64,000 nt of DNA from assembly GCA_038245295.1 (NCBI GenBank), contig JBBRSP010000010.1, positions 1-64,000 of the forward strand, in the 5' to 3' direction. Position 1 is the first letter of the stretch; each line of letters opens with the position of its first letter. The DNA comes from Candidatus Binatia bacterium. GTDB taxonomy: Bacteria; Desulfobacterota; Binatia; HRBIN30. The notes beneath the pieces are model-generated. The model worked only from the letters and a program-made list of their open reading frames with translations, ran no database searches and was not told the DNA's origin. Below are positions 39,114 to 49,957 of this stretch, piece after piece. The translations under genes and the position numbers were made by a program.

Positions 39114-40904
39114 CTAGCGCGCCAAACCAATCTCCCACCAGTCGAGTGGCAGCTCATCGCGCCGTTGCGGCGCGCGCAGCCCGGCTTCGGCGAGCTCGCG
39201 CAACGAACGGAACGTATTGAATTCGCGGTGCGAGTCAAGGTGTGCCAACGTAGCGCGCCAGAGACGCAGAGCTTCGTCGCGCATCTGTAGCTGATCGGCG
39301 ACCAGGCCGCGCATGGCCAGGCCGTAGGCGCGCGCGTCGAATGGCGCGTCTGCCTCGTCTTCCGCCGGGGCAAGAGCGGCATACGCCGCCTTCAGATCGC
39401 CAAGCGCGAACAGCGTATGGGCCCGCCCCAGGGCCACACGCGCCGGATCGAGTACCGGGGGAATGGCGGCGGCAATCTCGTCCCACATCCGGCGCGCTTC
39501 GGCATGACGGCCATCGCGTTCCGTCGCGACGGCACGCCGCGCCTGGGCAATCGCGGTGCGATCGCGGGCGAACGCCGGACCATTCAGCTCGGGCGCCACC
39601 GGCAACGACGCAGTACGCGGCGAATCATCGCGCGGCGAGAACGCCACATACTCGCCGAACGGCGCGAACGGTTGCATCGTCGTAGAGTGCCACAACACCC
39701 GGTCGGCGGGCGCGACAACGACGGCATTGAGGACGAACAGGTTTCCCACCGCCGTCTCGTTGGGGAAGCGGTAGCCGGTACGATCGCGTAGGATCTCGGT
39801 CGCCACCTGCGGTGTCAGCGCGCCGAGATGACGTTCAACGGCTTGCTCCATCCCAAGGCGTCGAGCGAACGAATCGGGGCAGCGGTAGTTGTCGAACGGA
39901 ATCATCTCGGTGGTGCGAGCGTGATTCGAATGAGCGAACCAATCCTGTTGCGCCTGTTGCGGACGAAAGACGCTGCAACCACTGTTCGGCCGGCACTCGA
40001 GCAGGGCAATCGCCCCGGAGGTATCGGCCATGGCAACGAAGTTGGCGGCCCCGAGGCGCTTGGTTTCGAGGAAGATACGAATTCCCTCCTCCACCGTGTG
40101 CGCCGTCTGCAAGGCGCGCCGCTGCGGCCATTCCGGCGCAAACAGGGTGAACAGCGGCTCGGTGTCAAAGTAGTTGAGGGAGATGGCAAAGCCGGCTTCG
40201 TTGAGCCCGACGGTCGGCAAGTGCATCAGCGGCCAGGCGGCGGCGACGTGCGCGAGATCGCCGTTGCTCGGGTGATAGTGCGTCACCACCGGCCGCCGGC
40301 GGCCACCGGCATCGCCCCAATCGACATTGCGGCCAATCAAGGCGTGGCCGTCGGCCGTCGCACTACCCGTCGCGGCGAACACGGTCGAGCCCGCATCGAG
40401 CGCCAGCGAAGCGCGAAACACCTCGCGCGGCAAAACGTGCAATACACCGGCGATGCCGCGCACCGTTGCCGCAAAGCCGCTCGTATCGTCGTTGCCGGCG
40501 CTCGCCAAGGGCACCAGCAACGGCTCCATCAGCCGCGTCGCCCAGCCCTGCTCGCGCAACGTACGATCGTAGTCGGCGCGGTGGAAATCGTAGACGTCGC
40601 GCATGAGCGGACCGAGCAGCTCCGCCTGCTGGCGACCCATGTCTTCGTAGGAGCCGTAGACATGCAGCACGACGAGGTCGCCGATGTCCTCGCGCCGCGG
40701 CACCGGCGCGGCGTAAAGCGCCGCGGGCAGCAAAACCAACGCGCCGAGCAGCGCCGCCGCGACAGCACCGATGAGGCTGCCCCGAACATGGTCGTCGCGC
40801 CAAGAGGGGAACCAGATTCTTTGGCCCGGATCAGCGTCGTCGGCAACCGCTTCGACGCAGGCAAACAACGGGTGAGCGGTGTATTCGATTGTGGTTTCCG
40901 CCAT
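39114..40904 (-). CDS. Peptidase C45-like Ntn-hydrolase with C-terminal TPR-like region
   Basis: VYGSYEDMGRQ, ATADGHALIGRNVDW, GLNEAG, HSNH, DSFARR. Confidence 0.85.
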   Translation of the reverse strand: MAETTIEYTAHPLFACVEAVADDADPGQRIWFPSWRDDHVRGSLIGAVAAALLGALVLLPAALYAAPVPRREDIGDLVVLHVYGSYEDMGRQQAELLGPLMRDVYDFHRADYDRTLREQGWATRLMEPLLVPLASAGNDDTSGFAATVRGIAGVLHVLPREVFRASLALDAGSTVFAATGSATADGHALIGRNVDWGDAGGRRRPVVTHYHPSNGDLAHVAAAWPLMHLPTVGLNEAGFAISLNYFDTEPLFTLFAPEWPQRRALQTAHTVEEGIRIFLETKRLGAANFVAMADTSGAIALLECRPNSGCSVFRPQQAQQDWFAHSNHARTTEMIPFDNYRCPDSFARRLGMEQAVERHLGALTPQVATEILRDRTGYRFPNETAVGNLFVLNAVVVAPADRVLWHSTTMQPFAPFGEYVAFSPRDDSPRTASLPVAPELNGPAFARDRTAIAQARRAVATERDGRHAEARRMWDEIAAAIPPVLDPARVALGRAHTLFALGDLKAAYAALAPAEDEADAPFDARAYGLAMRGLVADQLQMRDEALRLWRATLAHLDSHREFNTFRSLRELAEAGLRAPQRRDELPLDWWEIGLAR

Positions 40905-40943
40905 GATGAGCCCCGTATCAGGCATCTGTTTCCGGCGCGACGA

Positions 40944-41027
40944 TCACCGCAGGCTGAAGCCTGCGCCTACCACGCTCATACACCGGCGAATTGGAAACCG
41001 GTAGGCGCAGGCTTCAGCCTGCGGAGT
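40944..41027. repeat. GTAG REP doublet
   Basis: Same REPs; spacer is a diverged reverse complement of the one at 38945. Confidence 0.9.
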
Positions 41028-41105
41028 ACCAGAATACGAATTACTGCAAAGCCGACAATACCTGACCATCCGCTTCGCATTCACAAACTTTATTTTCCGA
41101 GACGA

Positions 41106-44100
41106 TCAGGCGTGTTCAAGAGCGTTGGCCGGAGCTGGCGCCTGCACGGGGCGCGCCCGGCTGACGAGTCGCCGCAGCCAGCGCTCCGCATCGTCGAAGA
41201 GGGTGTAGACGACGGGGACGACCAGCAACGTCAGCAGCGTCGATGTCACCAGGCCGCCGATCGAGATGACACCCATCGGGTTGCGCCACTCGGAGCCGTC
41301 GCCGCTGCTGAGGGCCACCGGCAGCATACCGAAGACGGTTGCCACGGCGGTCATCAATACGGGGCGCAGACGTGTCGGCCCCGCCTGGGTCACCGCCTCG
41401 TACAATCCCATGCCGCCGTCGCGCAGGGTGTTGGTGTAGTCGACGAGCAGGATCGAGTTCTTCATCACCACGCCCATCAACATCAGGAAGGCGATCTGCG
41501 CCATGAGATCGAGCGACATGCCGAGGATCCAGATCGAGGCGAACGCACCGATGAAGGATAGCGGCGCCGACAACATGATGGTTAGCGGATGGATGAAGGA
41601 ATTGAACTGCGACGCCAGCAGCATGTAGATCGCCACCAGGGCCAGAGCGAACGCGAAGATCACCGCGCGTGTCGTCTCCTGTAGACGCTCGCTCGAGCCG
41701 ACCGGCTGGATCTCGTATTCGCCTCCCACACCCAACTCGCGCGCGAAGCGTAGGACCTCTTCGTTGGCCTGCCCTGCCGACTTGCCTTCGAGATTGCCGG
41801 ATAAGGTCACGGCGCGCGTGCGGTTCTCCCGGTCGATCTGCACCGGCCCGCTGCCGACAATCGGCGACACTAGATTGCGCAACGGCACGAGGGCGCCATT
41901 CGGCGCTCTCACACGCACGAGATCGAGCTTACCCGGATCATCGCGATACTCGGGGCGCACCTGCACTCGCACGTCGTAGCGCTCGCCACGATCTTCGAAC
42001 GTCGTAGCTTTGAATCCGGCAAACAACGCCGCGATGGTGCGGCCGATCTGCATCGCCGGAACACCCAGGTCGGCGGCGCGGCCACGCGCGATGTCCAGGG
42101 CAATCTCCGGCTTGCCGGTTTCGTACGACAGATAGAGATCGGTATACCCGCCGGCCGCCTGCATACGTGCCATGAGACCACGGGCGTTGCGTTGCAACTG
42201 GTCGATGTCCGGACCACGCAGCGCATACATGATCTGCGCACTGCGGGCGCCGGGGAAGTTGATCAACGGCACTTCCTCCACCGCAAAGTCGTCGAATGGC
42301 AGGCCGGCGCGGCGGATGACGTCGCGCACGGCGATCATGATCTCCGTCTGACTGCGGCGGCGCTCCCCCTTCGGCGTCAACTGCACGTACACCAGCGCTT
42401 CGTTGACACGTTTCTTGACGCCACCGCCAATGGTCGAAAAGACGGTACGGATCTCCGGCACGCTGCGGATCTGCGCCTCGAGAGCGCGCACCGCCGTGTT
42501 CGACTGATCGATCGTGCTGCCAAGCGGCATCTTGAGCCACAGGTTGAACTCGGAGCGATCTTCGGAGGCGATGAAGTCGACCGGCACACGGCGGGCAATG
42601 AACACGCCCCCCGCTACCGCCAGGAACGCCATGCCCATCACAAGGCCGCGATGCCGCAGGCCCGCTGCCAGGACGCGGCGATAGTGGTTCTCGATTCGTG
42701 TATATCCGCTATCGAGGAGACGGAACGCAAGATTGTCACTGTGGCCACGCCGCAAGAAGCGCGAGCACATCATTGGGGTCAGCGTCAGCGACACGAGCAT
42801 CGAGATGAGAATGGCGGAGGTGGCGACTAACCCGAACTCGCGAAAGAACCGGCCAACGACGCCGCCCATGAAGGCGATCGGCACAAACACCGCGCACAAC
42901 GACAACGTCGTCGCGACCACGGCCAGAGCGATCTCGTTGGTCCCCTTGAGTGCCGCCGCGGCCGGCTCCTCTCCCTCCTCGACGTGGCGATAGACATTCT
43001 CCAAAACAACGATGGCGTCATCGATCAGGATGCCGATCGACAAGGACAGCGCCATCAACGTCATGGTGTTGAGCGTGAACCCGAAGAAATAGAAGAACAC
43101 GAGGCTGCCAAGCAGCGACGACGGGATGGCAACAGCGGCAATCAGGGTGCTGCGCGCGTTGCGCAAGAAGAGCAATACGGTGATCGACGCGAGGACCGCA
43201 CCCCAGGCCAGGTCGACGGCAACATCACGCACGGCGGTGCGGATGAAGCGCGACGAATCCATGGCTTCGACCAACTCGTATCCCGGCGGCAGCGCGGCGC
43301 GGCTAAGAACCAGTTGCTTTTTGACCGCGTCAACAACCGCCACCGTGTTCTGCCCCGACTGACGGCGAATCAGCAACGCGACACCACGCCGGCCATTGAG
43401 CTGCGACAAGGTGCGCTCCTCGGCCATGCCGTCTTCGACCGTCGCCACGTCACGCAAATGAACCGTACGCCCGGCACGCTCGACGACGACGATGTCGCCG
43501 AAACCTTCCGGGCTGGTGATCTTACCCTTCGTCTTGAGGGTGAACTCGCCGTGCTGCGTCGCGATGCGGCCGGCAGGCATCTCGATATGTTCGCGCTGCA
43601 GAGCGGAGAGAACGTCGTCGACGGCCAGCGCGTACCCGGTCAGACGAATCGGATCGATCCAGATACGGATCTCGCGGGCTCGCCCGCCAACCAGCGACAC
43701 ACTGCCGACACCGGGCACTCTTTCGAGACGCGGCTTGATGAACTTGTCGGCGAACTCACTCAGCTCGCCAACACCTTGCGGCCCCGCGAGCATGACCGCC
43801 AGAATCGGCGCCGAGTCGGGATCAATCGTGCCGACCACCGGCGGCTCGAGGTCGCGCGGCAAACCGCCGCGTACTTCGGCGACCTTGTCACGCACCTCCT
43901 GGGTCTTGGCTTGAATGTCGTACTCGAGGCCGAACTCGACGAAGATCAGCGACAGCGAGTCGCTCGACGCGCTGCGCAGGCTCTTGATGCCTTCGATCGT
44001 ATTGATCGCTTCCTCGATGACCTGTGAGACTTCGCGCTCCATGGTGTCCGGCGCCGCCCCTTCGAGGACGGTTGTAACCGTGACCAGCGGGAACTCGACG

Positions 44101-44216
44101 CGCGGGAATAGATCGACGCCAAGACGCGGAATCGAGACGATCCCCAGCACAACGAGACCACCGATCAGCATGACCGCGAACACCGGGCGGCGGATCGAGG
44201 TCTCGGGGAGTTTCAT
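41106..44216 (-). CDS. RND efflux permease (AcrB/AcrD/AcrF family)
   Basis: [36 protein letters not shown]; 1036 aa. Confidence 0.96.
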   Translation of the reverse strand: MKLPETSIRRPVFAVMLIGGLVVLGIVSIPRLGVDLFPRVEFPLVTVTTVLEGAAPDTMEREVSQVIEEAINTIEGIKSLRSASSDSLSLIFVEFGLEYDIQAKTQEVRDKVAEVRGGLPRDLEPPVVGTIDPDSAPILAVMLAGPQGVGELSEFADKFIKPRLERVPGVGSVSLVGGRAREIRIWIDPIRLTGYALAVDDVLSALQREHIEMPAGRIATQHGEFTLKTKGKITSPEGFGDIVVVERAGRTVHLRDVATVEDGMAEERTLSQLNGRRGVALLIRRQSGQNTVAVVDAVKKQLVLSRAALPPGYELVEAMDSSRFIRTAVRDVAVDLAWGAVLASITVLLFLRNARSTLIAAVAIPSSLLGSLVFFYFFGFTLNTMTLMALSLSIGILIDDAIVVLENVYRHVEEGEEPAAAALKGTNEIALAVVATTLSLCAVFVPIAFMGGVVGRFFREFGLVATSAILISMLVSLTLTPMMCSRFLRRGHSDNLAFRLLDSGYTRIENHYRRVLAAGLRHRGLVMGMAFLAVAGGVFIARRVPVDFIASEDRSEFNLWLKMPLGSTIDQSNTAVRALEAQIRSVPEIRTVFSTIGGGVKKRVNEALVYVQLTPKGERRRSQTEIMIAVRDVIRRAGLPFDDFAVEEVPLINFPGARSAQIMYALRGPDIDQLQRNARGLMARMQAAGGYTDLYLSYETGKPEIALDIARGRAADLGVPAMQIGRTIAALFAGFKATTFEDRGERYDVRVQVRPEYRDDPGKLDLVRVRAPNGALVPLRNLVSPIVGSGPVQIDRENRTRAVTLSGNLEGKSAGQANEEVLRFARELGVGGEYEIQPVGSSERLQETTRAVIFAFALALVAIYMLLASQFNSFIHPLTIMLSAPLSFIGAFASIWILGMSLDLMAQIAFLMLMGVVMKNSILLVDYTNTLRDGGMGLYEAVTQAGPTRLRPVLMTAVATVFGMLPVALSSGDGSEWRNPMGVISIGGLVTSTLLTLLVVPVVYTLFDDAERWLRRLVSRARPVQAPAPANALEHA

Positions 44217-45376
44217 GATTTTGGCTCTGGCGCCGCCGCGTCGGTGACATGCACACGCATACCGGGCGCGATGGTGCGTGCCGAAGCACCGACCAGCACC
44301 AAGTCACCCTCGGCGATTCCGTCGACAACCTCGGCATCATGCTCGTTCACCAAGCCGATGCGCACCGGCACGGCGACCGAGCGATCGTCGCGAATGACCA
44401 TGACACGCGTCCGCGCATCTTCGGTGCGCACCGCTTCGCGGGCCACTAGCAAGACTTCCGATTTCGCGCGCGGGTGCAGCTCCAGAACGGCGAAGACACC
44501 GGCTTTGAGAGTGTGGTTGGCGTTGGGAACGATCGCTTTGACGAGATACGTGCGCGTCGCTGGATCAATCGTGTCACTCACCGCCGAGACCGTCGTGGCG
44601 ATCGGCTGCGGCACACCTTCGACGGAGACGGTGAGCGGGTCGCCCACCTGAACGAGCGCCAACTGGCTCTCCGGAATCGCCGCCCGCGCCTCGAGCTCCG
44701 CCGTCTCCTGGATGACCAGCAGAACCGTTTGCGGCTGCACCAATGCCGTAGTTCCTTCGTCGACGAGGCGTTGAGCGATCGAGCCGGCATAGGGTGCCGG
44801 CACGGTGGTTCGTTCCAATTGATGGCGCGCTAAACCGACCACCTGCTCGGCCTGGCGCACCCGCGCTTCGGCCACCGCCAGCTGAGTGCTCAGCCGATCC
44901 ACTTCCTGCTGCGCCACGACATTCTGTTTGCGCAGCGCGCTACCGCGATGCAGATCCGCATCGATCTGACGCTGTTCGGCGGCCGCCACATCCAGGCCGG
45001 CCTGCGCTTGTCGCAAACCCATCTCGTACGGCGACGGATCAATCTGGAACAATGGCGCGCCGGCTTCGACCCGATCGCCTTCCTTCACCAGGATGCGAAG
45101 AACACGCCCGGCCACCTCGGTGCCGATGCGGCTTTCACGCCGCGCCGCCAGACTGCCGGAGGCGGTGATCACCTGACCGATCGCCCCACGGCGCGCCGGC
45201 ATGGCCTGCACAGCAATGGAAGGTTCACCACCAGCAGAGGTAACCGGCGAGACAGTGGCTTTCGGTGGCTGACGACAGGCGGCCACAGTACAGGCGGCCA
45301 GAGTACAGGCGGCGACGATCAGAATCCGCGCCGCAGTGGAACTGGGTAGTCGGCCCTGTAGAGTGGCGGGCAACAT
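44213..45376 (-). CDS. RND efflux periplasmic adaptor subunit
   Basis: GRVLRILVKEGDRVEAG, APYAGSI, IDPATRT; stop overlaps RND start; start uncertain. Confidence 0.9.
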   Translation of the reverse strand: MLPATLQGRLPSSTAARILIVAACTLAACTVAACRQPPKATVSPVTSAGGEPSIAVQAMPARRGAIGQVITASGSLAARRESRIGTEVAGRVLRILVKEGDRVEAGAPLFQIDPSPYEMGLRQAQAGLDVAAAEQRQIDADLHRGSALRKQNVVAQQEVDRLSTQLAVAEARVRQAEQVVGLARHQLERTTVPAPYAGSIAQRLVDEGTTALVQPQTVLLVIQETAELEARAAIPESQLALVQVGDPLTVSVEGVPQPIATTVSAVSDTIDPATRTYLVKAIVPNANHTLKAGVFAVLELHPRAKSEVLLVAREAVRTEDARTRVMVIRDDRSVAVPVRIGLVNEHDAEVVDGIAEGDLVLVGASARTIAPGMRVHVTDAAAPEPKS

Positions 45377-45587
45377 GGACCTTGTCGGTGCAAACCTTGC
45401 ACCAAGCGCACGCCGGCAACCGCAATAAGGTTGCAACCGCGGAACGCCGCGGCGATTCCCAGCGATGGATCGGGGCACGGCGCGGATTTCTTGGGAATGG
45501 GAGGTGGCGTCGGCGCGCCAGCCGATCTTGCGCACAACGAAGAACACGAGGTGGGCTTTGCCCGCAACCCAACGCAGGCTTATTGCT

Positions 45588-45690
45588 GCCACAGATGAAT
45601 GGGATGAGCACAGATGGCTTGTAAACAGACATCGCCAGCATCGCAGGCCCGACGGGCCTGCATCTGTGTGCATCGGTGTCCATCCGTGGC
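45588..45690. repeat. Solo, gene-free copy of the GxxExxY-type inverted repeat pair
   Basis: GCCACAGATGAATGGGATGAGCACAGAT...ATCTGTGTGCATCGGTGTCCATCCGTGGC; further half-site GCCACGGATAAACACAG at 45768. Confidence 0.85.
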
Positions 45691-45829
45691 AAAGAGCGGC
45701 TGGTGGTGTGTAGGTCGCTCAATCTTCGCGCGCCGCGATGATCCTGCGAGATTGAAAGCGGTTCGTTGCCACGGATAAACACAGCCCGGCCGTTGGCCGG
45801 AACCGACTCAGGCCAAGCAGTCCTACCTC

Positions 45830-46008
45830 CGTCATTCCGGCGAAAGCCGGAATCTCCCAAGCGTTCCGCAGGTTCCAATCGAGGAGATCCCGGCTTTCGA
45901 GACCGTCGATAATGTCTAGGGCGGGCTTCGAGACGCCTGTCCTGATCTACGTCGAACGGGCCTCACGGATCGGATTTCACCAAGTGGGCCTCCTCAGCCC
46001 GAACGGGG
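45830..46008. repeat. CGTC-type REP doublet interrupted by a MITE-like end at 45899
   Basis: CGTCATTCCGGCGAAAGCCGGAATCTC...GAGATCCCGGCTTTC|GAGACCGTCGAT..., followed by CTTCGAGACGCC...CTCCTCAGCCCGAACGG. Confidence 0.7.
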
Positions 46009-46091
46009 TGTCTGTCACTGTGCGGCGAGGGCGCGGTTGACAGAATCATCGCTTGCCCCATATGACCGCGGCGTCCGCAGGGGAGGCGCAC

Positions 46092-47681
46092 TTGGGGAAA
46101 TGTCGGCGACTCAATCTCGTGAGGCTAGTCGTTGCGGCGGCATTGGCTTCGTTCCTACACACAGCCTCCGTCGCCAATGGGGCTATGCCCCGAACCTCCG
46201 GGGTAGAGATAGCGACGCCACGGCCGACTCTGACGCCCACCCGAGTACCCACACCACGCAATACTCCGACTATTCCACGAAGTCCGACAAACATGCCCAG
46301 CGCTACGGCGACGCGCGCCCCGACTCTTCTCGGTGGGAGCTGCAGCGGTGATTGCAACGGGGACGGTGACGTCACGATCGATGAGTTGCTGACCGCCGTG
46401 CTTGTCGGACTCGGCACCACACCAATCGAAGGTTGTGCCCCCGCGGACCAAAGCGGCGACGGCGAGGTCACCATCGATGAGCTCCTGGTAGCGGTCAATC
46501 GTGCGCTGAGCGGGTGCGACGCAAGCCTGCTGCAACAGGGCCGTACCGCGATGTCGCGCGGCCGGCTGGGCGCCGCGAGTCGAGACTTTTGCGAGGCCGC
46601 TGCGGCGACTCCAGAAGATCACGCCGCGCTGCTGAACTGCGCCCTCACACGCGCCGTCGCCAACATCGTCGACAACGCGGCATTCCTCGACTTACTGCGG
46701 CGTGCCGGAGTGACGCTGAGCGGAAGCGGCGACGATATCTGTGGCCTCGGGGCGCGTATCGCGCGCGACGTACCGATCGACTCGCCGCGAACCGGCGAGA
46801 TCTTCGCCGCCCTACGCGCCGATGTGCTGCCACAGATCGAGATGGCATTGGCCGCCATCCGCGAAATACCTGCGACCATCCAAATTCCTTTCGACTTGCG
46901 GCAATTGCCATCTTGTATGCGTCCCTCCCTCACCGTGGCCATCGAGATCGATCAGGGCGACGTCCTCGCGCTATCCGCTTGGCTGCAGTTCATGCACGCC
47001 GTGCTGGACACGCTGTCGTCTTATGATCTCGACATCGACCTGCAGAGTTTGGCGCACACCACGCCGCGCGGTGCATTGGAGCGAGCGCCGGCCTTGTTGA
47101 CACTGACCTCGCCCGCAAATCTGACCCAGGCACGTGGGTACCTCGATCAAGCGCTGAGCAGCGCCGGTACGGCGATCGGCGCGATTTTGGCAGAGACCGA
47201 CAACCAATCGAACGACGTTGTCGTCATTAGCGCGGTAAACAGGGCGGGGGCACAGCGCACCTTGCACGTCTTGGATCTGATCCGGCAATCCGTACAGGGA
47301 GTGGTCGCCATCTCAACCGACATCGGTGTCCAACGCCCCGAGCGGCTTAATCTGAGTCTACTGCTAGGCGGGCAGTTCCAAAGCTTACGACCGTTCTTGC
47401 CCTCATTCACGGCGGACGGTTCGTTCGCTCAGACGTTCCCGGATCCATCGTTCGGCGGAACGGCGCCGGATCTGACCCAGGACGAGATCCAGTACGCCGT
47501 CAAGCAGGTCAGGGACTTCCTTCCGGGCTTGAGGCAGGCGACCCGTCACGACTGCTTTGTGTCCGTCCAGACGCGGAGTGCCGCCGAGTGCGAAGCACTC
47601 CGCCCCGAGTACGACTGCCGACAATCCACATTTTATCCACTCGCGTTCTGCGACCTTTCCGCTTGTAGGTGTACCCTGTGA
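46092..47681 (+). CDS. Secreted protein with N-terminal dockerin-like domain
   Basis: GGGAGG before TTG start, signal peptide, CSGDCNGDGDVTIDELL...DQSGDGEVTIDELL. Confidence 0.82.
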   Translation: MGKCRRLNLVRLVVAAALASFLHTASVANGAMPRTSGVEIATPRPTLTPTRVPTPRNTPTIPRSPTNMPSATATRAPTLLGGSCSGDCNGDGDVTIDELLTAVLVGLGTTPIEGCAPADQSGDGEVTIDELLVAVNRALSGCDASLLQQGRTAMSRGRLGAASRDFCEAAAATPEDHAALLNCALTRAVANIVDNAAFLDLLRRAGVTLSGSGDDICGLGARIARDVPIDSPRTGEIFAALRADVLPQIEMALAAIREIPATIQIPFDLRQLPSCMRPSLTVAIEIDQGDVLALSAWLQFMHAVLDTLSSYDLDIDLQSLAHTTPRGALERAPALLTLTSPANLTQARGYLDQALSSAGTAIGAILAETDNQSNDVVVISAVNRAGAQRTLHVLDLIRQSVQGVVAISTDIGVQRPERLNLSLLLGGQFQSLRPFLPSFTADGSFAQTFPDPSFGGTAPDLTQDEIQYAVKQVRDFLPGLRQATRHDCFVSVQTRSAAECEALRPEYDCRQSTFYPLAFCDLSACRCTL

Positions 47682-48286
47682 CGCTCCGTCGAGATCAACG
47701 GCACGGCCTACCAAGAACGCTAGCGTTGCTCGGCGTCGTTGCCACGTGTCTCGCCATGGTGGCTGTGGGCGTCGCCCTGCGACTCAACGACGCATCGGCA
47801 CCTTTGGCCGCCACCTCCGGGGCGCTGATGACTCTCGGAGGGTTTCGCCGCACCGCATATGACGGCAATCAGCCGCGCTTCCGCGTATCCGGCGAGGTGG
47901 CCACTCTGGCAAACACCAAACTCGTCGGCCCTTTCAGCCTGGGATTCCTCTATTCGATCAGCGCCCGCAACGTCACGATCGAAACCTTTGCGGATGCGGA
48001 TGACGCGGTGGCAGCGACGCCGGAGCAGATGATCATCCAACCACTCACCGCCCTGGTGCGGGAATCATGGCGCGGCGGACAGCTCGGGCAGGCGCAAGTC
48101 GAACAGTTGCGCGTCATCGAGCATCGTCCGGGAGGCGACACACTCCTCCTGCAGGCGGCATCGTGTCGCGTCACACTGACGCGTCGGCGGGCCGAATGCA
48201 GCGACGGAACCATGACCCGACATGGAACCAGCGTGGCGTTCAAAACCGCGTCGTATGACGGCAAGACATTGCAGATGCGGCCCTAA
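47678..48286 (+). CDS. Hypothetical membrane-anchored protein
   Basis: GTG overlaps upstream TGA; single N-terminal TM. Confidence 0.6.
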   Translation: MTLRRDQRHGLPRTLALLGVVATCLAMVAVGVALRLNDASAPLAATSGALMTLGGFRRTAYDGNQPRFRVSGEVATLANTKLVGPFSLGFLYSISARNVTIETFADADDAVAATPEQMIIQPLTALVRESWRGGQLGQAQVEQLRVIEHRPGGDTLLLQAASCRVTLTRRRAECSDGTMTRHGTSVAFKTASYDGKTLQMRP

Positions 48287-48314
48287 GGAGCGCCCTCCGC
48301 AACGGATCGCGTGC

Positions 48315-48430
48315 TCACCCGCAGCCATTCATCACAGCCACGACTCCACGCGTGAGGTCATCGATGCGGCCGTGGCCATCGTCGTTCTGGTCGGCGGGAC
48401 GACACTCCGAGAGCGGCTTGGCGTCGCATT
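48315..48430 (-). pseudogene. Orphan second half of a dockerin-like domain
   Basis: PLSECRPADQNDDGHGRIDDLTRGVVAVMNGCG with no credible upstream gene. Confidence 0.55.
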
Positions 48431-48639
48431 TGCCGGGAAGCGCATTTGCAGCATTTGCCGGGACACCCACCCATGAACGGGCGTCGCGCCGATGCGCTTC
48501 AGTCTCAGGACTGAGAACCTCGCGTCGCCGCCATCGCTGTCCTGCGAATGGTCTGCCTTCCTCCGCCGTCGGCCCAAGGAGATACGGCCCTTCCTGCCAG
48601 GGCATGGAGGTTGTTAGTTAAGCGAGTGGGAGGAACTTC

Positions 48640-49953
48640 GTGAATACTCGCGGTTTGTTCCATGCGATTCTGACCTGTGTGACCGCCGGCCCGGGGCTTG
48701 GATTCAATCGTGCCGTGTTGTTCGTCACCGATGAGGATGGGCATCATCTCGAAGCGGCGATGGCCATCGGCCCCGGAAGCGCCGAGGAAGCCCAGGACAC
48801 GTGGGCCAGCCTGGAAGGCGAGTCAAAGTCGCTAGAGGAACTGTTGCGTTTGCCGCCAGGCAATGCGCATCGGACGTCGTTTCAGTGTCAGATCGAGGGT
48901 CTGACCATGGCGCTCGACGATGACGGAGGAACGAATCCCCTCCTTGAGGCCTACCGCAAGCGGCGCGTCGTGCGGATCGGCGATGAGGCGCGCCTCGATC
49001 AGATCCCCGCGCCGCTGCGCGCCGTGTTCGCCGGCACCGAGGTGATCTGTGTCCCCTTGATCGCACACGATCGCGTCGTCGGGCTCTTGGTGGCCGACAA
49101 TGCCTTCACCCGAACGAAGATCACCGAAGAGCGTATCCAACTTCTGCTGGTGCTCGCCATGTTGGCTGGGCAGGCAATCGACGGCGTCCGGGTCTATCGG
49201 CAACTAGAGCGCCAGGCCGACGAGCTACGCCGTACCGTCGAGGAGTTGAGGACGACGCAAGAGCACCTGATCCGCAGCGAACGCCTGGCCATGGTGGGCG
49301 AGGTCGTAGCGCGGGTCAGTCACGAAATTCGCAACCCACTGAGCACCATCGGCGGCTTCGCCCGCGGCCTTGCCAAGCATCCCGACGATGTCGCGCGCGT
49401 CAGCCGCAACAGCACGATCATCGTCGCCGAAGTCGAAAAACTGGAAACCCTCCTGAAGGAGATGCTCGACTTCACCAGCCCGCGACCGCCGGTGCTGGTG
49501 CCGTGCGACAGCAATGAGATCCTCGAGGCGCTGGCCAATGTGTACCGTGACGAGTTGGCGGAGCGCCACGTACTCCTAAAGCTCGATCTCAGCCGCTCCT
49601 TGGCGCCGGTCCTGGTCGATACGCATCAGCTACACCGGGCTCTGCTCAATCTGTTGCAGAATGGCACCCAGGCAATGGAGTCGAATCCGGCCGGCGAGCC
49701 GCACCGCCTGTCGCTACGGTCTTGGCAAGAGGGCTCGATGGTTTGCATTGGCGTACAAGACACAGGAAGGGGGATCGAAGAAAACGTGTTGGAAAGAATC
49801 TTCACACCATTCTTCACGACCAAGTCGCGCGGCACCGGGCTCGGTTTGGCCGTCGTCAAGAAAATCATCGACGACCATCACGGCACGATCGACGTGCAGA
49901 CACAGCCGGGGCGAGGAACGACGTTCGTCATCTCGCTGCCGGCGGTCGGGTGA
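48640..49953 (+). CDS. GAF-domain sensor histidine kinase
   Basis: GLGFNRAVLF GAF, SHEIRNPL H-box, NLLQNG, DTGRGI, FFTTK, GTGLGL. Confidence 0.93.
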   Translation: MNTRGLFHAILTCVTAGPGLGFNRAVLFVTDEDGHHLEAAMAIGPGSAEEAQDTWASLEGESKSLEELLRLPPGNAHRTSFQCQIEGLTMALDDDGGTNPLLEAYRKRRVVRIGDEARLDQIPAPLRAVFAGTEVICVPLIAHDRVVGLLVADNAFTRTKITEERIQLLLVLAMLAGQAIDGVRVYRQLERQADELRRTVEELRTTQEHLIRSERLAMVGEVVARVSHEIRNPLSTIGGFARGLAKHPDDVARVSRNSTIIVAEVEKLETLLKEMLDFTSPRPPVLVPCDSNEILEALANVYRDELAERHVLLKLDLSRSLAPVLVDTHQLHRALLNLLQNGTQAMESNPAGEPHRLSLRSWQEGSMVCIGVQDTGRGIEENVLERIFTPFFTTKSRGTGLGLAVVKKIIDDHHGTIDVQTQPGRGTTFVISLPAVG

Positions 49954-49957
49954 GTTC

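Noticed and set aside
39828..41561. Long antisense ORFs (also 32214-33467, 42984-44027, 52738-53901)
   Set aside because: They overlap well-supported genes on the other strand; typical of high-GC DNA.
45386..45440. Sigma-54-like motif and GGTTGCAACC palindrome (also near 15456)
   Set aside because: The motif is too close to the assumed start codon, and two copies of a 10-bp palindrome are not enough evidence.
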